Assembly (NCBI GenBank): GCA_030264375.1
Contig: JASCQW010000148.1
Span: 18,874,118-18,938,117, forward strand
DNA length: 64,000 bases
Direction: 5' to 3'
DNA from: Carcharhinus longimanus
Lineage: Eukaryota
The position numbers were made by a program, and so were the translations under genes. Below, piece by piece: positions 51,401 through 60,400 of this stretch. The notes beneath the pieces were generated by a model. The model was not told the DNA's origin. It did no database searches and saw nothing but the letters and a program-made list of their open reading frames with translations. Within the stretch, counting starts at the first letter, position 1. Each line of letters opens with the position of its first letter.

Positions 51401-54400
51401 CAAATGCATGTTAATCACTTCAAGTAAAATTGAAAATCACTGCCAAATTATGCCTATACTTTCATTTTTCATCCAAACAGAATCAAAAGTCAAGTATTAA
51501 TATTACAGTCCTTGCTTAAATGAACAAAAACTCTGAACATTTCCTGATTGGAGTATTTTTTTAAAATCGTCTTTGAAGGCTTATCTGTCACATCAAGGCT
51601 AACTTGCATTGATTTGAGAGGGTTCCAAGTCAAAATGTGGTAGATAATTAGTGCTCAGGCAGTTTGCCAAGTCAAAGAAAAAGAAAAAGGAAGCTTTTCC
51701 TTCAGATTATTAAAAATGGTATGGCGCAGTTGCCAAAATTGGCAGTGTGTATTCAACTTATAAACACACTGATCATGCAAAAAATGTTAGAAAACCAGCT
51801 GCAATTTATGAATGTTGGAATCAGCCAACAACTCAGCATGCATAACATGCACAGGCAAGGAATGTTATTCCACCAAACGAATATCAAGTGAATGACATTG
51901 TTCCCAACAAGTTAATGCAATTCTGACAACTGTCTCTAAGGGGGGAAAAAAACAAGAGAATTGGGTATGTTTGATTAGATGTAAAACATGTGACTATTTT
52001 GTCTGGATACACATCAATTTTGGCTGTAATGCTGCCAAGAAATATTCTACTTGTGCTCAAGTCATGGAGTGGATATTTTGCACATTTGAAAAAGAAACAT
52101 AATGGAAAACTTTTTTCTTAATACTGATTTCAGTTTCCTGCGTACCATGACAGAAAAATAACTATTAGTACATTAACTTACAACTGATTAAAAATATATT
52201 TCTATATTTATGGCAACATGATTAAGGCAATGTAAATTCAGATACTTTATTTTAATTTGATGTGCCAATGGANNNNNNNNNNNNNNNNNNNNNNNNNNNN
52301 NNNNNNNNNNNNNNNNNNNNNNNNNNNNNNNNNNNNNNNNNNNNNNNNNNNNNNNNNNNNNNNNNNNNNNNNTATTACATTGCACAAAATGTACGTGTGG
52401 GGAACTTGGATTGTAAACATGGCAAATGGATAATTAGACCAGACAACAAAAATACTTAGTTCCAGCTGACAACTGCCAAGCTTCAAAACAGTTACAGCTG
52501 CTCAAAAATTTTTTTTTTTAAAAATAACAATATCTAATTGCAAACTATTCACATTCATCAATAAAATGAGAGTAGGCCTGTGCTGAATTAACTCTTGACC
52601 TGATCTTCATGCCACTAGATGAGAAAATCAGGTTGTGTTGCTACACCTCAGTTATAACCAATGACTCTTGCTGGAAACTAATGAGATGGTTGTGTGGTGA
52701 TTATATTGAGACACCAGCACTCCAGGAACGAGTTTAAAATTGGTCAGGCTAATTGTCACGAAGACAAATCAAAAATATTCCAAGAAATTAACTTCATTAA
52801 GTGTAAAAAAGTTTAATAAAAACTGAATCTATGAAAGAAACCTGCTTGGCTTATGTGAGGCACCAATCCACATAAACATGGTTGACTCTTAACTACTTTC
52901 TAAAGTGACTACCAGGAAAATGAAAGACAGGCAATAAATGCTGCCATCGCCAGCAATGCCCAAATCCTGAATGAATTACCAATGAATCAAAATTCAGGCT
53001 CAGCTGGGATACCCTCACTAAAGAAATAAGCCTGCCAACAGTCGCTACCTATGCTAATACATGATGAATAGTCACTTGGGTAAGGAACTGGAGAGCGCTC
53101 ATGGAACTACACCCCAGTGCAAATCACAGCTGTCAAAAGGAGAGCAGAATCCTGTTAACAGAAAGCAGCTGTTAAAAAACAACAGTGACCAAGAAATCTT
53201 GTTTACTAACATGTACATTGAATGGCCCGGTGCGCCATAAATAGAAAAGTCCTTAAGGGCAGGAAAGGCAAAATAACTTTAGGGTGAGGAGAATGAATAT
53301 TAACAGCAATTTTGCTATGATAAACTGCTTACAGTGCTTGGTAGCATGGAAAAAAAAGTTTACAAAATGAAGGCAATGCTCCAGCCTAACAGCATTAATT
53401 TGTCTGCCCTCAGCACATCTTAGGATAAGCGAATGCAGAATGGATTCAATAATGATGTATTTCTTATGGTAGACATGCTACACACTTATTGGCTCAGGTG
53501 AAACTATTCTGCAGCAAATTACCCACATTGGGAATTAGTCAGAACACATTTGTTTACGAGTATTAGCTACAAGATAGATCTAGCAAGTCTTGTACAGAAG
53601 ATTACTGTATACAAGGGAACTATGCCAAAAGGATCATGCAGTTCTGTTTCAATTGCCAAAATGTAACCTGAGATGGAGGTTTCAAGTACAATGTGGGATT
53701 GGTCAAAATCCAGATGCGAGTACCAAATACAAAAACATACAAGATCTGTCTTTTCAAGACAGACTCTGAAATCATAAAGCAGCTTCCGGTTGAAGTGCTT
53801 GGTTTTCTCTCCCTACAGGTACTGCCGGATCTGCTGAGCTTTTCCAGTACTCTTGGTTTTCAGTTGAAGAGCATTGTGTGTCCCAATTACATAATTAAAG
53901 ACACAGAAAATCTTATGGCGCAGGAGACAAGACATTCAGCCCATCGTGTCCATGCCAGCCAAAAGAAAGATATCCAGCCTAATCCCACCTTCTAACTCTT
54001 CCTCCATATCCTATGTTTATATGTTTGATGCCACTCCTAGAGGAGATTCCATAAAAATGGAAGGAGGGCATCTACTTTCTTCGGGCAATGAATTTCAGGC
54101 TCCATATTCTAAGTGAAAAGATTATTTAAAACTCTATTACCCTCTACCAATTATTTTAAGTATGTGCACCCTGATCCGTCAGCTAATGAAATTGGGTCCT
54201 TGTTGTCTACCCCATCTAAGCCCCTCAATTTTATACACTTGAGCCAAATCTCGCCCTGGTCTCCTCTAGTGCAAAGATAAGCCTAGTCTATGCAGTACTT
54301 CCGGATAGGTAAAACACTCCATTCCTGCCAACATTCTCATAAATCTCCATTGCATCCTCCCCAGTTTTATTTTTCTTCAGAAGTCTGAGTCTCCAACTTT

Positions 54401-57400
54401 TGAGGAGCTTGATGTCCACTGCACTTTCATAATAAACCCTTCCAATCTTAACAGAAAAAATATTTTACAAAATTTTAAAATAACAAAATTCTAAAATAAG
54501 GGGTGGCATGGTGGCTAGCACTGTTGCCTCCTAGCACCAGGGACCCAGGTTCAATTCTAGCCTTGGGTAACTCTCCATGTGGAATTTGCATGCTCTCCCT
54601 GTGTCTGCATGGGTTTCCTCCAGGTGCTCTATTTTCCTTCCGTAGTCCAAAGATGCACAGGTTAGGTGGACTGGCCATGGGAAATGTATAGGGTTAAGGG
54701 GATATGGTGAGGTAGAGGGCCTGGGTAAGATACTCATAAAAAGTCTGACAACACCAGGTTTTAGTCCAACCGATTTATTTGNNNNNNNNNNNNNNNNNNN
54801 NNNNNNNNNNNNNNNNNNNNNNNNNNNNNNNNNNNNNNNNNNNNNNNNNNNNNNNNNNNNNNNNNNNNNNNNNNNNNNNNNTTGGACTAAAACCTGGTGT
54901 TGTCAGACTTTTTACTGTGTTTACCCCAGTCCAACGCCGGCACATCCACATCATAAGATACTCATGTCAGGGAGTTCGTGCAGACTTGATGGGCCGAATG
55001 GTCTTTTCTGCAATGTAGGGATTTTATGAGTCAATGTCAAGTACAACAAATACAAATATCCAGGGCACTTGATTCATATCAAAACAATTTGTAATATTCT
55101 ATATTTGCAGAATAACTCTTGTACAGTTAAGTAAAACAGCCCTGTCTCCTACCTATTTGCAGTCGATTCTTTTTGTTGGCTGGGGTGGTTGCAGGAGACA
55201 GCTGGGGTGTGCTGGAGGGAGTCAGCTCAAGGCTATTGCTCTTCCCTGTTCTGGGCTGAGGAACATTAATGATAAGGTTCTCCAAAGCCATCTTGTCCTC
55301 CTCTCTTAACAGCTCCCCTGACCTTACATGTCGTGCAAAAGTCACCTAGATAAAAAAGGTAATGTTTAATTTTAGTCAATAAAAAAATCTATTACACCTA
55401 CTACAGACCTATTAGAATGCAACAAAGTGAAATAAACGTCAATAGTGGTTGTTGACTGTTCAAAAAAAATTAGAAGTTTGCAAGCAAAATATTTTTTCTA
55501 TTCTTTCACTGAAGACAAACTGTTTTTAAGGTTTCTTTGCCACATTATGTTCAGGCTGAGATTAAGGGTGAAAGACAAAAATCCATTCTAAGCTTCTGCC
55601 AATCTAAGATGGCAATAGGATGAATTTACAAGCAACTCCAGTTGTCATTCCCTCGTAACACCCGCCTTCGGGAGAGTGACTAGCTGTGGCTTGGCACAAA
55701 TGGTCCAGATAAGATTAAATGAAACAGCTGACTGGTGAGGCACAACTATAATGATGACAATACATAACCCATTACGTGAATGGACAAATTGATGACAAAC
55801 GGATTTCAACATAGTCAAGACACAGGTCATACACTTCAGGCCTAAAAAAATCAGAGAAACTTTCTAAATTATGAAAATTTAGAGGCAGTAGAGGTTCAAA
55901 AACATTTAGAAGTCCACATACGTTGATCATTAAAATGACTGGAATGTTGACCTTGATATTTGGAAGATTTAAATTCCAGAGATTAGAAGTCATGCTACAG
56001 CTGCACAAAGTCCTAGTTTGCCCACACCTGAAGTACAATGTTCAATTCTGGACATCACATCTTAAGAAGAATGTATTGGTTTTGAAGAGTGTGCAGAAAA
56101 GAATTGGTAGAATGATAGCTGGACTTCAAGGATTGAATGACAAGGAGACAAAGTACACAAATTTCCTTGGAAATTAGAAGATTATAGGGTAATTTGATCA
56201 AAGTTTTCAAGACATTAAGGAGAACAGTGGTTAGGTAGCAACTAAATTAGGAAAAACTTCTAACTTTACAAAAATGTTGCATGCCCAGACTTCAGGCACC
56301 CTCATATCAGCATTCAGAGTTTCTTGTGTGGTGATTTGCTTTACCCAACTTCAATGTGTATCAGGAGGCAGTATTAACAATAGCTGCCTGCATTCCTTCT
56401 CTCTGAACTTCACTGGATATCAATCTGCTTAATTTGGTACATCATTTGTGGGGACTGTTGCTTACTGTTGGGACAGCCAGATTAAGTTTTCATCTGCTGG
56501 TTTAGCGTTCAATTTCTTGCACACTGAAGCAATGAGAATGGAGACTTTAACGTGGGGCATAAACAAAACCATTTGGAGCAGAAAATGAGGAATTTTTGAA
56601 GTTTGTTGTAAATAATAAATAAGGTCACCCAAGGAGCTTCATGTGAACATTAAAGCTATTAAAATATAGTTTGTGGTGCAAAAGCTTGTTATCAACGCTT
56701 GAGCAACTGTCTTTCCTGTTCCGTGAGAGGGGAAAAAAGCCTTTTGAAAAAAATCAAGGACAGTGGCTACTATAACCTACTCAGATGACAAAACAAACAC
56801 GGATGGAAACATGCATTCTTCTGGTAAGTGATCAACCGCATGTGAAACCATGTTTTATGGAAAAAAGTCTAGGAATTTACTGGCTGGAAATTACTAATTG
56901 AATTTTTAGAAAGACTAAAGCCACATTCAGAATGGGTGTGCGCATGCACATGCATGCGGTGGTAGAAATCTGAAGCACTCAAGTTTTACTTGTACCAGGA
57001 CAATAAATCTTCTTTCTTTTTAAAAACTCAAGGAAACCCAATCATTTGTGTCTTTTATGGTTGCAGCGCAGAATTAGTTGAACATTCATTTTTTTTTTAA
57101 AAAGTTCTGTTGTGGCCATATGAGGAGTAGGGCCATTTGACTCCCCCTCCTCATCCAATGTAACACTAAATATGGGACTGGAATGCCTTCAGCACATGGC
57201 AATAAAGTGGAGACATGTGCCTGGATCAAACTCTGTCACCGCCTTGTCAAGAGTTAAAAGATGTACTGTTTGCAGGAAACCTGGTATGCATCTACCTTCT
57301 TAACTCAGAAGCAATCAGGCTCAGCATAAAGCATAAAGGAGTGGGAAATAACAAACATTACACAAGAAAGGTAATGTGAAGATAGAACAACACCTACATG

Positions 57401-60400
57401 GAAACATTCAAAATAAAATAAATATTACCAAATTTGAGTGTCCTTTGATGGACAAAAACGTCTCTAAATATTAATTCAATAGGCTACATACTCTGATCAT
57501 CTAAGAAATCAATTTACCACATGAACTGAGCACAACCATGAAATCAAAGTGGTTGAGACAAATCAATGGAACAAAATCTAGTGTGTGTGAAAGATTACAT
57601 GTTAGCATCATGATCTTGCACACCTCATCTGCAAAAATGCCAGCCTGTCTTGTCCATGTAGTTATGTCTACAAATGTATGAAACAAATGGGAGGGGAGAG
57701 GTGTCTGAATGCCTACTGAAACTGATGTGCAATGGACACAGACTGAAATTCCACAAACTGGGAGAGGGGAAAATCACTATCACAAGAAAGTGCAAAAGGG
57801 CTAGGATTCTGTGGCAAAGTTAAGGGATTTTTCTATGGGAACACCAACACTATGATCACATGAGAGAAACCAGTTTTTGATAAGAAACAAGTTATTAACA
57901 GCAATCAAGAGCAGACCAGGTCAGCTAGCCTGGCAGAGAACACAGAAGAGAGCGTGCACAGCAAAACAAACAACCCTGCTCAGCTTCCTTTCCCAGCCAA
58001 GTGGGGACTACTTTTTTCTACTATTTGCAGAGCCAATCCAGAAACCTACTGTTACCAGGACAAAGCCACTGAATTAAATGGTCATAAACTACCAAGCTTT
58101 ATTATCTTTCGTGAATCAAAAGCAAATCAGCCTGTAATGTTTCCAGTTATCATCTTGAAAGCTAAAAGTGACTTTTTGGATTCTTTAAAGTCAAACTGTA
58201 TTCTCCGGCTTTTGTAATAACCTTCTCGTGTGTTTTGTGGGTGTTATTGCAATTACATTTCAGGTTTGTGAAATAATGTTCATTTTTTATAAAAAAAAGC
58301 TAAAGCTTGTCTTGCATCTGTTCTTGTCAAAAGCACTAAAACGCTTCTTTAAAAACACATTTTGTTGTGGCTCATTGAGGGGGATGGGGAGAACCCATCT
58401 TACCATCTCTCCCGTGTAACAAGCCAAAAAGAAATGAATGAGGAAATTACATGCTTACCAAGTTTGTAAGTTGATTATGGGTCATGTAAACCACAGTCCT
58501 ACTAAGTCCTTCCAACAGGTTCACTGAGGACATAGGAGGGGTTTCTACTGTACGCCCACCAATGATGACATCCAAGAAAGCTGCAACACAACTCTGCAAA
58601 AAGTTCATTGAACAAAATCTATTATGTTTTGTATGTTGTAAAAGTTAGTCATCTATCTCCATTGATCAGCATTACACATTTCAGTGACGCCCGAGTAGAA
58701 TTTTGTGCATCCCAACAAAGATTGGCACAATGGGAGCCGGGTTTGTTTGTAGTGTGTTGCCCTTTAAATTTTCAGAAGGCAAGCAGCAGAAGCATTTGTT
58801 GTGATCTGGGATTCAGGGGCCCATTCGTCGCTATGTTGCCGGCCTCTCCAGCAGGAATAGGCCCTGCCCCCTGATATTTCACGAGATTCACGCTAGAGCA
58901 CTCTGCACTGCACAGAGTGTGGGAGATTCATTTTGAAAACCCCGCTGAAAAAAAGCAGGATTTACTCCAGTTTCTACACAAATTCAACACTTCGAATTTT
59001 GTGGGAGAATTCCACCAATGGAGTATTGTCTGTTAGCAGAACAAGGAATTGTTTCTGACTGGACTCCTGCACGATATATTACTTCAGTTAAATAATAGAT
59101 TTGTGACATTCAACTCAAACAGCCTTGTTGGTGGATAGCTTTCAGACCTTTTATTACAACCGTGACTTGAAGCACAAATTCACTGGAACAGTGAAACAGT
59201 TTTGCTTTACTTTCAGCTGTTTATGAGGGAAATCTCATGCCTAACCATGCAGATTTCACAGCAGGATTTTCATGCAAAAACATCAGATGAAGTCGGCCTC
59301 AATCAGGCTCTTTTACGATGTTTGGTGCACCTTGAAGGAGAGGTTATTTACTTCTTTGTTCTTGCAAACAATGTATTTATCAGTTCACACTTCAGGTATG
59401 AAGAAGTTAGTACAACTGTTTCTATCCAAATAAAAACAGCACTTAACAGCCACAACAAATCGGCAACTTAGTATCTTTGAACCCCCACAATGCAGAAAGA
59501 GGCCATCCAGCCCATGGACTCTGCGCTGACTCTCCAAAACAGCATCCCACACACGCCCTTTCCTCTGCCCTATTCCTGTAACTCTACCATGGCTATTCCA
59601 TCTAACCTGCACATCTTTGTACAGTGAGAGGAAACCCAGGTAGACATGAGGACAAATGTGCAAACTCCACACAGAAAGTGACCCAAGGCTGGAATTGAAC
59701 CCAGGTCCCTGGCGCTGTGAGGCTAACCACTGTGCCATAGGACAGCCCGAACTTGGAGAATGATGGACATGAAATGTATCAAATATAATCTAAGTGTATT
59801 GAGACACCTCAGAATGCCACAAACTGTTAGGTAATGTACCTTCACAAATGCTATAAAATATTTTCAGAAAAAATTGCATGAATGAAACTTTTGCTGATAT
59901 TAAGTGCACATTTGAATGTTTATTTGTTTTGTGGCAGGTAAGGGATTTACCCCAGTTATTTTAGATTTAAATTGAACGAGCCAATCTCACACAAGACCAG
60001 AACAGCCAACACATAGAAGAAACATTCATCCAAAATCAGTCTTGACTGAATTTGAATCCACTCAAAGATAAAATTTCAATGTCTAAACTATGCCACTCTA
60101 AAACAGGACAGTGTTACCTTACTAATAGGTTAATGCAAAACATTCAAACAACATACTTGCATAACCCTTTTCAGTTTAACAGTCAAGAATTGAGTCTCAA
60201 AGTTTGCTTTCATACAAATTAATTGTGACATCTGGACCTTAATTTTACTGGTTGAAGAGATCAGTAGCAGAAATAGTTTGCCTTGAGAACAGAATTAGGG
60301 AATTGGGTGTCATATTACACAGGGAAACATTGAAGTAGGATTTTATCACTGTTGGTAAAGGCTTTTGACCAATGGTATATGATACTCAAATGTTAAACAT

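Larger units (their letters stand above)
54500..55030 (+). mobile_element. HE1-like V-SINE split by a family A palindrome
   Basis: Head and V-domain 54500-54737; tail resumes at 54954 (gggccgaatggtc...tgtagggattttatga). Confidence 0.8.

Noticed and set aside
57810-58421. TG...CA bounded segment resembling a solo LTR
   Set aside because: No matching target-site duplication found and no second copy in the window.
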